The notes under the pieces are model-generated. The model was not told where the DNA came from. It saw only the letters and a program-made list of their open reading frames with translations, and did no database searches. From Macrostomum lignano (lineage: Eukaryota): a DNA stretch of 64,000 bases. The stretch covers positions 62,001 through 126,000 of the forward strand of contig NIVC01000027.1 of NCBI GenBank assembly GCA_002269645.1, read 5' to 3'. Positions 23,546 to 35,900 of this stretch are shown here, one piece after another. Position numbers and translations under genes: made by a program. Each line of letters opens with the position of its first letter. Within the stretch, counting starts at the first letter, position 1.

Positions 23546-24531
23546 GCACTCAGGAGTCAGCGGAACGGGCAGAATTGCCTCTACACCGGTTGTGGGACGT
23601 TGTCGCCGAAGACGTTACGCCAGCTGACTAAAAAAAAAGTAGAAAAGCAAATTGTAAACAATTACCTGGCAAAACTAGGCGCACAGAGCACAGTTGTGGC
23701 AAAGCATTGATCATATAGAAGTATATATATATATATATTATATTCATTCACTTCTGACACGTATTTACCAAGACAATTTTACATTTCACTACTATAGTAC
23801 GAGTACATCAAGCGGTCTGCTCAGATCTAAGCTAAAACCAACTCGCAAACAATTGCAATAGATACAAGTTAGTGTGTTAATGAAAGAGAATTCAACCCAA
23901 GACGCGATGGCGATTCAAGAGTAAATTATTCGTTTTATGTTGAAACCCCTAAAAAACAGGGACAAAAAGCTGGCTATGATTACTTAGTTGCAGTAGTAAA
24001 GCACAAAAATGTACAGACAATATTTACGAAGCTCACTGAAAAGAAACAGTAGAAAAGATGTTATTGAACTTTAAAACTAGCACAAAAGGTTGAATATGTT
24101 ATTTATAATTTGTTAATAAGATCAAAATGCAGGTTTTCGTAAATCATCACTCATTTCACGCTGGTTTGCTTTATACAGTGTGTAAAATAAGCATTTTATA
24201 GTAGGGATTTAAGCCATTTACTAAATTTACATTAGAGATATAATTAGTGCAATACCCACAAACAAATGGCTTAATAGAATAAGTAATTCGTGATAATAAT
24301 AAATAAGTAATACGTAATTACATCCCAATAATACACGTACAAGATTAATAAATTCGGCTCTCGCCAGAGCATGTTATAGGAATTTATGTATGTGTATAAA
24401 AAGCACTAGGTTTACAGGTTTAGCTAGGTTAATCAGAATCGGGAGATGAGATGGGGATATTAAGTACACACACACGCAATTACTCATATATATAGAATAG
24501 GTATTTAGGCATACAGGTTAATCTGCAGCCG

Positions 24532-24588
24532 CTAAGACTGACTAAGCGTTGCTTGATTATTGGAATTGGAATTTTTGCTGCTTTTAGT

Positions 24589-24619
<31 letters not shown>

Positions 24620-25235
24620 GCAGGCGTAGAAGCAAACTGGGATTGAAGGCGCGGTATAAAAGGTTCACTATCCGGTCTGAGCACTGTTGTTGATGAAGCT
24701 GGAGACTGCTGCTGTTGCTTGCCGCTATTGCTGCTCACAGTTGCTGATGGGTCTGGCAGCAAATCTGGATTGGCTTCCAGCGCCTCGCTGCTGGGATAGT
24801 CGGGTCCGAGGATTCTCAACCGGGCTTCCGTGTAATCTGCCTGGCGCTCGGCTAAGGTGCGGGACAAGTGATGAGGCTGCTGCTGCTGCTGTTGAGACTG
24901 AGCCTGCGCCAGCAGATCCGATGCAGATGGGTGATGATGATGAGGCTGCGACTGCTGCTGCTGGCGACCCTGAGCATGGATTGGTTAGAGAGCAGCTGAG
25001 TGTCTGTCTTAGTTTCTTTCACCGCTTGTCAGTTAATAAGTCTCTTTCTGTCCACCTGCGAATATCGAACCATTAAAAAGTGACGTGTATTAAATGAAAT
25101 CTTGTTAATCATAGGCCTCACCTCTTGGCACATCTGGCTAGGTTGGCTAGAAGGCCGTTTCAGTATGCGAACCGGGCCCTGCGGCTGGAATCGCGATCCA
25201 GCAGAGCCGCTATTGTCCGTCTCTTGCTGCTGCAT
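24532..25235 (-). CDS. SZRD1: SUZ-domain RNA-binding protein (SZRD1-like); exons 25122-25235 and 24532-24969; 5' end uncertain
   Basis: PVRILKRP and RTLAERQADYTEARLRILG are the two SUZ hallmark motifs. Donor GAG|GTGAGG at 25121 and acceptor CTCAG at 24970 join in phase 0. Confidence 0.75.
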
Positions 25236-25294
25236 TTGCAGAACAAAAACAAAAACTAATCAACAGAAAATAAATTTAGAGTAGTGAAAAAAGT

Positions 25295-25790
25295 CTGTTG
25301 GTTTCGCTGCGAGTGTACATGTAAGAGTGGTGGTGGAATCTTAAAGCCGGCAGAAGGGGGGTTGGTTTCCCTGCGAGTGTACATTTAAGAGTGGTAGTGG
25401 AATCTGAAGCCGAGAGAAGGGGGTTGGTTTCGCTGCGAGTGTACATTAAAGTGGTAGTGGAATCTTGAGAGAATGGGGGTTGGTTTCGCTGCGAGTGTAC
25501 ATTTAAGAGTGGTGTGGAATCTTGAGAGAATGGGGGTTGGTTTCGCTGAGAGTGTACATTAAAGTGGTAGTGGAATCTTGAGAGAATGGGGGTTGGTTTC
25601 GCTGCGAGTGTACATTTAAGAGTGGTGTGGAATCTTGAGAGAATGGGGGTTGGTTTCGCTGAGAGTGTACATTTAAGAATGGTGTGGAATCTTGAGAGAA
25701 GGGGGGTTGGTTTCGCTGCAAGTGTACATTTAAGAATGGTGTGGAATCTTGAGAGAAAGGGGGTTGGTTTCGCTGCGAGTGTACATTTGT
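25295..25790. repeat. About 57-bp minisatellite (GGGGGTTGGTTTCGCTGCGAGTGTACATTTAAGAGTGGTGTGGAATCTTGAGAGAAT)
   Basis: Direct periodicity, about 8 units. Confidence 0.93.
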
Positions 25791-26794
25791 GTTATTTAGG
25801 CCAGGAAAGGGAAAGGGGGAGGAAAGGGGGGTTGGTCTCGTCGCGGGTGTGCAACTAATAAGGAAGTAATTCTCGGGATTCAATTTTTGCCTTACTATAA
25901 ATAATTGAAAAGAACAAGAAACACTTTATTGGTAGACAACCAAGCTGAATAAAGACGATATACATGCTATGTATTATTTCTAATTAAATTCATAAAAAAG
26001 GCAAAAGACGAGATAGGAATAAACAGTAGCAATTAATTTTTCTTCAAAGAAGTAAAACTTCGTCATAATTTTAAAATCGCAGGGTCTAATTGCTTTGAAT
26101 AACAAATGAAGCCATATGATAGATTAGAAAAAAATTATGCAAGATCAGTGCAAAACAGGGACGTATTAAATTGAGAATCAAACCAACCTTGCATCCAGTG
26201 TGTCGTCACAGCGTTTTGGCCTGTATTCATAAGCGTAGTAATGAAAAGCTAAAGCAGGTAGCAACACAGTGTACTGTAATTCAAGTCAAGATTTTATCTG
26301 CTTATAAAAAAGGTGGGCAGATTTGCAAGTTGTAGACAGTAAACTTTAATAATATTTATGGTAAAGGGTTAAATACGGTCATAATATGATTTATAGTCAA
26401 TAATAGCTGTGGTATAATATATAAGAAAAGGCTTCGTATAAGCAACGCAGACTGGCAACCTCGGTGAGACAAAATATGAACAGAAATAGTAATAAATACA
26501 AATGAAGACTAGATAATTCATTAATACGCTGCAGACAACTTAAGCTTGTCTAGAGATAAATCCATGCAATAGACAGACAGACGCAATTAACAATAAAAAT
26601 TTCGGTTAAAAAGATACCGATAAACTTGATAAAACGAAGCCTTCGAAATTCTATTGTACTAATAATAAACTGGGTTTATAAGCTTTCGGGATAGGAAAGA
26701 GAGTTATATAACTGTGTGTATATGTGCGTGTGTATAGTGAGTATAGAGAAATCCCTCGGTAGGGGTCGAGAGTCAAAGGAATCATCCTGGGGGA

Positions 26795-26932
26795 GGTTGG
26801 TCGCGGTGTGTACATTGAGAGTCAAGGGAATCCCTCTGTGACGGTTGGTCGCGGTGTGTACATTGAGAGTCAAGGGAATCCCTCTGTGACGGTTGGTCGC
26901 GGTGTGTACATTGAGAGTCAAGGGAATCCCTT
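26795..26932. repeat. 48-bp tandem repeat (GGTTGGTCGCGGTGTGTACATTGAGAGTCAAGGGAATCCCTCTGTGAC), about 3 units
   Basis: Direct periodicity. Confidence 0.9.
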
Positions 26933-27636
26933 TTTGGTGTCTGTTCGCGGCTTGTAAATTAATATTTCGCTATTTTCGGATCATTACGATCGTACCAGCG
27001 AACGTCTGGGAGACACCAACAAAATGTTATAGTTAAATTTTACAAATCGGGAATAATAGGAGTGTCTAAGGTCTAATAGCAAAACAAGCACTCAAGGTCC
27101 CTTAAAACCGCGAAATCAATACTAATAAATTCAAACAGGACAAGCGAAACCCAATCTTTGCTTTGTCAAAGAGAATACAAATAGCTAGCGTAAAGGAGAC
27201 CAATAGACAATCGACATTACAATAAAATAAGCAACGACGCTTTGACTTACTCAATTCAAGCAACATAAAAATTCATCAGAGTTCAATTGTATTACTGAAT
27301 CTTCTATGCATTAAAGCTTTCTTTCAAGCCGATTCACATTACCGCCAGTAACTTCGCTGGTCAAAGGATTGCACAATTCAATTTACAGCTAGTTCAGACC
27401 ATATAGACCCTACTGGTCTTAAATTACCAGTTACGAAAGCTAACACAAAGCCTTGCATTGAAGAGTGAATATCTATCTGTGTGCTAACCAAGGCTAACTT
27501 TGCTTAACTTTTGTATCCCTAAAAGTTGGAAAATAATAAGTCGTTTCTTTTGAAGAGGTCAGACTATTGATGGACTTAATTTACGATATTTGATAACAGT
27601 TTATACCAGTTTCAATTTCATCTGCAATTATTGAAC

Positions 27637-28152
27637 TTATTGAGCTTTCTTCTCTTTTCTGCTCTCATTGCGCTGGGCAGTTGAACCATCTGAATCGCTG
27701 GCGGGACTGCTGCCACTATTGTTAATATCATTGTTCGAAGCCGAAGAGGCGCCAAAATGCTTGCCCAGACCGACAAGCAGCCACAGCAGCAGGCCCATAT
27801 AGCCGGCGGGCACCATGCAGCCGCGGTAGTCTTTCAGCATTATGTGCGTATAAACCGATAGGCAGGTGAGCAACATTAAAAGTACAATAGCAGCCCGACG
27901 GGCTGGCGTAGTGCCAAACGATAGCATAGTGCCTAGTATGATCTCGGACACGCCTACGGTTTCCATGTAGTGCTTTTGTGTTGGCTGAAATCCCAGCGGA
28001 GCCAATGGAAACACGTCTGTAAAGTTTTTGTACAATTTCAGCATGTCCTTAGTGATTCGCTGATTAATGTACACAGTTTTCACAATGCCTGGCACAATAA
28101 ATAACAGGCCAATAATGCAGCAGGAGATTGTAGTTGATAGAGCAGATGCCAT
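27637..28152 (-). CDS. TMEM35B: TMEM35/NACHO-family (DoxX-like) membrane protein, TMEM35B-like, 171 aa, intronless
   Basis: Four hydrophobic segments. FTDVFPLAPLGFQP...YMETVGVSEIILG resembles the recalled TMEM35B segment FAEVFPL..GYQP...Y..AVG..E..G. Confidence 0.75.
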   Translation of the reverse strand: MASALSTTISCCIIGLLFIVPGIVKTVYINQRITKDMLKLYKNFTDVFPLAPLGFQPTQKHYMETVGVSEIILGTMLSFGTTPARRAAIVLLMLLTCLSVYTHIMLKDYRGCMVPAGYMGLLLWLLVGLGKHFGASSASNNDINNSGSSPASDSDGSTAQRNESRKEKKAQ

Positions 28153-31100
28153 GATTGATTTTGCGATGGGTGAAGTGGTTAAAGCATGAATAATAAGTAA
28201 AAGTACATTTTAGGCACTCATAAATAGAGATGAAGAAATTGCAATTTTCACAGACAAATTCATTTTTAAAAACATGCACAAAAAAACAAAGTGTTAGCTA
28301 CATTGCATTTTGATATAAAAACTAAACTGAAGTGAGTATAAACTAGGAAGGTTGTGCTCATAAATATAGTATTATCAAAGAAGAAAAAATATATCAATTT
28401 AACCTATAATTTACTTATACCAATAACCTATAACTTGTGTAATAATTGTGTATATTGATGTAGTGCTGATGAAAATCTATATAAATGACCGATGCATTAT
28501 ATAAATACCCTAGAAATAAATTTGACTCAGAAGTAGTCAATTTTGTTCAATTTTGTCATTTATTATGACCTTTTTTGCTTTGAAAGACCATCCTACTATA
28601 CTAGCAATTGTGCCATCCAATTTATACCCAAGCTTATCAAAATCATAAGTCTTTTAGTAACATTTCAAAATTGATAATTTACAGCTTTGCATAAGGTAAT
28701 ATATAGTATATATAGCATATATTTTCAGACCAAAAAATTGGTCTATTTATTTCTGAGATATATATGGAATATTCCAAGCTATAACCCATATTGCATTTTG
28801 CCCATGAGCAAACTACTTGCAAAGTTTTTTTCCTGCCAAGGTTTATTCTCAATGCTTTTTCTTGTAGTGCAATTAGCTTCCACTCTCAAATCTTACATAT
28901 ACACTAGAATTTTCTTGGATACAATGGACCCGAAAAAATGGTTGGCATAAAGTACCCACATATGGAACAATCTACTGGAAAATTGAGCCACAAAGCCAGC
29001 GTATGATATAGCTGTTGTCATACAAGTAACCAACCAAATATTGTAATACAAAAAAGGTTTTGTATAGTGTTGCAATGCAAAATTTTTTTTTGTTGCAATA
29101 TTTTTATAATGTCCAAGATATAGATCACAACTAAATTTGTTTTTTTTATGGCATAAATTTGAATTTATAATCTAGAAAGTCATTTTCCAGTGTACTATGT
29201 AACAGATTTGAGGGTGTAGCAATTAGCCACATGGAAGATTTTGTCTACATTGCCTCCCAATGCTTAAATAAGTCTTAATAAAGAGATTTACCTAAACAAA
29301 CCATTTTGATAGTATATATTTATTTACATGATTAACTATTCATATTTTTTTGTAGATATTCAGTTCTGTATAAATGCAGGGGTACATTGGTAGGCTTAAT
29401 TAATACAAATGCTACATCACTTTGTTCCCCAATTTTTCTGATTATTATTTGGTTGCTTAACTTATTTTTAAGTTTTAGACTATGGGTTTCTAGAATCTAT
29501 CTGCCTTGAAGGAAAAAAATATTGCAAGCAAACCTTAGCAAGTAATTTACTTTCAGAATATAGGCAAATTGCATTGTGAGCAAATATTGGTAGGCAAGGC
29601 ATGGGTACTAGTTGTTTTGGTGACAAGTTGCTTTTGGTGACAAGTTGCTTTTGTGATAGACTTCATTTTTAATGAAAAATGAAAGATTTCATGAGTATTG
29701 TCATTTTAGTGATAAGAGGCAATTTTTAATGAAAAAATGAAAGATTTCATGAGTATTGTCATTTTAGTGATAAGAGGCGCTTCATAATATTAGCTTGTAG
29801 TTATTTTGTTAAGATTTGTTTTGTACATATATTGAAAATTTTTGTCGAAAGATTGATATATTATGCTAGGGGTGTTTCTGTACAATACAAAATCCCACCA
29901 TTAAGCCACCAAAGTTGTTGTAGGGCTTACTTCTGTCCTCCAACTATCCCACTAATTGCCAAGTTGTAACAGGCTTTTAATTTCCTTCTATTAAATCTCT
30001 ACTTCTAATACTAAATTTTTGCCTTAATTTTTCTAACTATTTCATAGAATCTCAAATATTTCTGGGTAGCATTCTTGTAGTGTTCTGGTATCATTCTTAG
30101 TATGTGGTCTGGTAGCATTCTTAGTATATGGCCTGAGCAGTCTTACTAGTATATGTATTTTCTCTCTCCAGTCTGGGCATTACCAAGATTAGAAGGTTAC
30201 AGCGATTACTCTTAGTACTACTCTTTGCAAGAATCCCAATTGCAACTTTCAACCTTCTCTGCAATACTCTTTAGAAATAAGCAATGATCTGAGAATGATT
30301 TATTAAACACATTTTGAGCTTATAGCTAGCAAATGAGTTGTCTCTTCTTCCTTTCAGCCTGCTCCTATTTATACTATCCAAACGTGTGTATTTTAACAAA
30401 CATCAAATTTTGAAAATATATAGAATATATAGAATATTTTGTAGAGTAAAACAAATTATTAGCGCAGATTCAAACTTACATTCATAGAAACTATTAACCA
30501 CTTTTACAATATTTAAAAAAAGAAATCAAACTAATTATATTGTTTTCTTCCTGTACAGATCATTTTGAACTGTCCCAAAGTATTCAGACACAAACCATAA
30601 ACCTATACAGAGAATCCTCATAAAATGCCAACCACAAGAAAAGCAAAGATATTTATTGGACTGGATGCTGAGTGGCATACCTAGGGGGGAGGGATATGGG
30701 ATATATCTCTATTTTGATGATTTAAAAGAAACAAAAATGATGTTTTTTGAAAAAAAAGCAAAAAACAGTTTAGACATAGCAAAATTGCCAAAAATTAGCC
30801 TATTTCACTCAATAGATTACTAGTAAAATGTTTTAAACAATACTTCCCTTAATACCTAGTTCCTAAAATGCCATAGATAGGACAGATGTCTGGTGGCTTT
30901 ATTTTGATTTTAACAAAGTAAAGTTTTTTTTAGCTTAATAAAATAAACAAGGTTTTTGTACTTTTTAAATGCATCTTTTGAGCAAAAATGCAAAAAACTA
31001 TTTTATTTGTCTACAATTTTATCCCTAAAACTTATCTTCCCCCTTTTCAAAATCTTAGGTATAAGCACTGAAATTGTGCTTACATCGAAGTGAAAAAAAC

Positions 31101-31918
31101 AATGGCTTCCTCTTGTCTCAACCGGTTCTATCCAGCCTGACTAGCTCTATACTAAAGATCAGATAACAAAGCTGAGGTTCAAAGACCAAGCCAGCAGCCT
31201 GTAAACATGTGACACAGTAGACTTGCAGCAATGCTTTGGGGGTGATATGGTTGCCTAACAAAGGGACAGAGAAAAATGCACAAGCGATAACCCTGCCCTG
31301 CTCAAACTATGCATTGCCCTTCATTTTGTCAACGAAACCAGTTTGCTTGCTTGACTATAAAATACACTGTCTTGAATAATTTGCGGCACAGAGAGAGATT
31401 TGGAGATGTGAGCCTCACACTCATAATAGGGCCCTTAGAAGCCAGTGTGTTTGAAAGTCTTTCTGACTTGCAAGCAGAAGATAGCAGGAAAATAAAAACA
31501 GTTATATTAGGTTCACCACTGTGGATGCTGCACATTTGGATTAGAAAACATAATTCAAAAGATCACAACTCTGTAATTGTAAATAAATAAAATAAATAAA
31601 GCAATACTTGATTATTTCAAATAATTATAAAATTTTGGGTTCAATATCCTTTAGGATTCGCAAGGTAATTTTTTATTTAAAAACAGAATGGCTATGCCTA
31701 TATCACTACTCACTAAAAGGATATTTTTCTTGTCACTGAAATGACTTTCGCTTGTCACCAAAAGGATATTCACTAGCACTAGAATTAGCACTAGCACTAG
31801 CATTAGCACTAGCATTAGCACTAGCACTTGCTTGCACTAGCAGTAGCATTTGAGTTTTGATTACTAGATTCATATTCACTAGGCAAAGAGTCAGAAAACA
31901 TTGTCTATTTGTAAAAAG

Positions 31919-32324
31919 TAGGGGTCGGACGTGATCACGATTGTGATCACGATTTTGTGAATTCACGACCATTTTTTTCACGATCGTTATTTCCTTGAAA
32001 CCCATTCACGACAATTGTGAATTTTGCTTTATTACATTTTTATTAGAAGTATAACTTTTCTACTTGGTTTACCAAAATATGTGAACACAAATGTGTAAAA
32101 GAGTAATAAATTTTAAATTTGTTGACTTGATAGCATTACCAAGTAGCTATTATCAATTTATAAAATTTTTTTTCTTGTTTTGTTATTTCCAACACTTGTA
32201 ACTTATGGGCTCAAAATACGTGTATACAAATATAAATTCACGATCACGATCACGATCACGCCTAACTTTGAAAATTTCATGAAATTTCACACCCGACCAA
32301 AATTTTCTGCTCGTCCGACCTCTA
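31919..32324. mobile_element. hAT-type MITE with CACGAT subterminal repeats
   Basis: TIRs TAGGGGTCGGACG / CGTCCGACCTCTA; exact 8-bp TSD GTAAAAAG (31911-18, 32325-32). Confidence 0.88.
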
Positions 32325-32765
32325 GTAAAAAGTTAACACAAAAAGACTGAATATAAAAATTAACAATGAATTGTTTGTACAATAAAAGAACAGCAATTTT
32401 TGTGAGATAGTGCCTGAATTAATAGGCTATCTTTATATGCACAAATAATACTCAATGCATTTACTATGTTTTCTTAGAAATACACATTGAATTTAAGCGA
32501 AAAGGAAATTATTCTTACTTTTGTTTAAATGTTGTTATTCTAAAAAATATTAGGTTTTGTTTAAAACGTGTTGGAAATTCTAGTATAATTAGAAGCCCTG
32601 AGCGGGCCAAAAGAAGCAACTCGACTCGCTGCAAGCTTCCAATTGCAAGCAAAATTTAACAAGTCTTTACTAAACAGTTGTTCAAATTGACTTATTCATT
32701 TTCTAGAGTATTAAGCCCCTCATTGGGAGTATCAGAAACCGCAAAAGGCGAGAACCACCTTAGGG

Positions 32766-33309
32766 CCACACTCAGGAAGGTTACATGTAAGCCGGAATTT
32801 TCCGGCGTACCATTGAGAAGTTTGGCTATTTTGGCGTACCACTTTGGCGTACCACTTTGAGCTCAAGAAATTTTTGGCATACCAATTTTGGTGAATAAAT
32901 TGATGCGTGTAAAAAAATTGTAATGTAAATTAACCCTTTTTAGTTTTTACATAAAATGAAGGAAAATTTATATAGTCTAAAAAGTCAGTGATAAACATTT
33001 TGCTTTTTTACAATTAAACAATGAATAAAATTTGTGTAAATTATTGCTAAGAATGTAAATTGTGCATTCTTTTTTCTGTAGGCTTAATTTAAGTTTGTTT
33101 AAAATGAAAATGTTCGTAATATTTGAAAGAATTTTCGTACAAAAAACGTTTCTTAGAAAACTCTACTCGTGAAAACCGAATGACCTTTTTAGGAGGAATT
33201 TTTGGTGTACATTTTAGAGAATTTTTTTGTTTTTGGCGTACACTGGCGTACATTTAGCTGAGATAGGATTCTTGTTCCGGCGTACACTACTACACGATCC
33301 AAACCGTGG
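32766..33309. mobile_element. Probable non-autonomous DNA element with GGCGTAC subterminal repeats
   Basis: 8-9-bp direct repeat CCTTAGGG(C) on both sides; short CCAC/GTGG ends; GGCGTAC motifs near both ends. Confidence 0.55.
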
Positions 33310-34847
33310 CCTTAGGGCAGTAATTGTAAATTTGCCTCAAGGCAGAAGAACCACTTAAAGCAGGAGAATTCATCTCAAGGCTGAGAAAACGCGTAAAGCT
33401 ATGACCCTCTGATCCTGGGGAGGCCAGGACTGAGAGACTAGGAATTAGACAGTGCCAATGCCAATAGACCGCTCAGGCTAAAAGTACAGCAGTACATGTA
33501 TAGATGCTACCAATAGAAATAGATAAGTAGACAATACCAATAGAAGTAGATAAGTAGATGCTACTAAAGATAATAGTACATTTATTATGCAAGGGTACAT
33601 TAAACAGAGAGAAGTTTAACACTAGCACAATTTGATGGCAGCAAGTAAGACTTACAAAAAAATAATTAAAAGCCCTAGGATAGCTTTTTAATTATCTTTA
33701 ATTATTTATTTATTAATTATTAATTATTAATTACTTTAATAATTTATTACTCTTTAATTATTATTAAAGACAGAAGTAGGCTAACCCCCAGGACATTTGT
33801 AATAAGAATACCAAATTTTGTGTAGGCCTATTTAGGCTTACAAAAAATGAATTGTTTAATTGTATAATTACAGCAAATTCTTTGTATAAAGACTACCAAA
33901 TTGTATATAACAATAATGTCTATTAATGATTATGAATTTGAATTTGAACTTTGAGTAGTCTTTAATGTTCATAAAAAATAATGATTTTTGTTAAAGTTCC
34001 ATAAATTTCATTAGGCCTAGTTAGGGCCTACCGCCTACTTAAATTAAGTAGCCTAAATTAACAATTGTTATAGTAAAAGTTCCATAAAATTTTGTTAGGT
34101 AAATGAATGATGGTTCTTAAAGTTACTATAATTGTATAATTGTAACAACAAAATATCTAAAAATACAAAAAATAAACAGGCCTATCATAAAGGCTGCTTG
34201 ATTAGGCCTATATTATTATTTACTGATCAAAGGAATCTATCCTATGCGCCAAGTTACAGACTGTCATTTTTCATTTTGTGCCAAATTTTGCGTCTAAGCC
34301 TAACCTAAGCCTACACTATGCCCTAAGGACTAGGCCTAGCCTAAGGTTCCTTGCATTTTTAGTAGGCCTATTTAGGCATGCATACCCTATTATTATTTAT
34401 TAGGCCAAAATACAAAAGTGAAGAAAGAGGATGCTGCTTTTAAATTAAAACGAAAGTAATGCGAGTCACGTCTCGGCCCACGAGCAAACGCAGAGCATTC
34501 AAGCTAGCCTACTTTTTCTGTATCTTAAGGCTAAAAAGCCTCAGGACAGTTGCATTTTGTTTTAGGGCCTATACTATATCCTTGATAACTTCCGCTAGAA
34601 TCATTTGCAAGAGCATTAAAAATACTTTATCCTCTGCAGAGCCACAATCAGTAGTGATCCAGTAATCCAGTAAGGCAGTAATAACAGTAATCAACAGAGC
34701 TTTGGGCCATCAGCGTTGCCCAGCCTGTGCAATTGACGTATATTTTGTGTCTGGCACAATATTCAATCGAAAGCCTCATTTAAATAACTTTAGTTCATTA
34801 AAGCAAAGTTTCTTAGAAAGCTTCAAACTAATGAGCGGCACATTTAA

Positions 34848-35107
34848 GGGCCTTTTCATATTACCAATTCCAGAACCAGAATCGGTTCGGAATTCCAAGA
34901 AAAACAGCAGTATAACTATTAAACTCTGTTAATATTTGACTGCCTTAACAACATAACTTAGCACAATTTTTCACTTTCTTCTTGGCGATTGTCGTTCAAT
35001 AATAAAAACTTTATAGCACGTATCTCCCTCTAGTTATGGAGACAAAAAGTTATACTTCACAAATTGGTTCTGGTTCTGGAACCAGAGCAAGCAATATGAA
35101 AAGGCCC
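34848..35107. mobile_element. PIF/Harbinger-type MITE
   Basis: Perfect 15-bp TIRs GGGCCTTTTCATATT / AATATGAAAAGGCCC with TAA TSD. Confidence 0.85.
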
Positions 35108-35481
35108 TAAGCCCTTCAAGAGATTTTTAGGAAGAAAGAAGGCTGCATTAACAAAACGACTTTTTATGTTTTGCTTTAGTTAAGTGCTTTGCAAAGTGGG
35201 CAACCACTGATGGTCAAAATTTTGAGGTGCCAATTGAATACCTTTGAGATTCTCGTTTCAAAACAAATTTTCAGTCTTCTATCGCGGCATCGCGCTAAAC
35301 CAAATCCCTGCGGAGAAGTCCGTACTTTTAACTGATCTTTTTTTAATTAGTCTTGGAACATGCTTATTTGGACATGACGTGTCATTTTGTTAACAGTGGG
35401 TTCATATATAAATGGTTTAGTTTCATCAAATAAATAGAACTGATAGTTGTCAGGTGTCAATATATTTTTTTCTTTACTTAG

Positions 35482-35900
35482 GCGATTAGGACCAACAACG
35501 ACTTAGAGAGCTGGCATCACGCGCTAAACTACAGAGCCCAGCGAGGAAACATCCAATTCTACCTGCTCATCAAGCTCCTATTCAATGAAGCGCGAATGAT
35601 CCCCGTAGAGGTGCAGCTTCTCTCCCAAGGAGTAATGCGCCGCGTACAGCGCAACAGATACCGAAGTATGCAGGGGCCCAGTACTTCAAATACTGGAGAG
35701 AATTCAGGCGTGGCAAGCGCTCAGCGGATGATCTACTAAAGGCGGTTAGTGAAATAAATGGACCTGATCACTGAACCACATTTTAACATTTAATAGTGTG
35801 TAATGTACGTGAAACTCGTAATTTTAATATAAATACACTGTAACTGTCGCCCTTCTGACTGTCGCCCTTTTGACTGTCGCCCTTTCGACCTGTAGCCATT
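35482..35900 (+). mobile_element. 3' remnant of a Mutator-like (MULE) transposase, followed by GACTGTCGCCCTT subterminal repeats
   Basis: Translates AIRTNNDLESWHHALN (RTNNxxExWH motif typical of MULE C-terminal regions); frameshift near 35675; preceded by a pyrimidine tract and AG. Confidence 0.65.

Noticed and set aside
24970-25055. Alternative acceptor CGCAG at 25056 for the SUZ gene
   Set aside because: All three frames hit stops before 24969; at most an NMD isoform
30670-31070. Possible hAT MITE (GAGTGGCATACCTAGG ... CTTAGGTATAAGCACTG)
   Set aside because: TIRs are imperfect and no TSD was found
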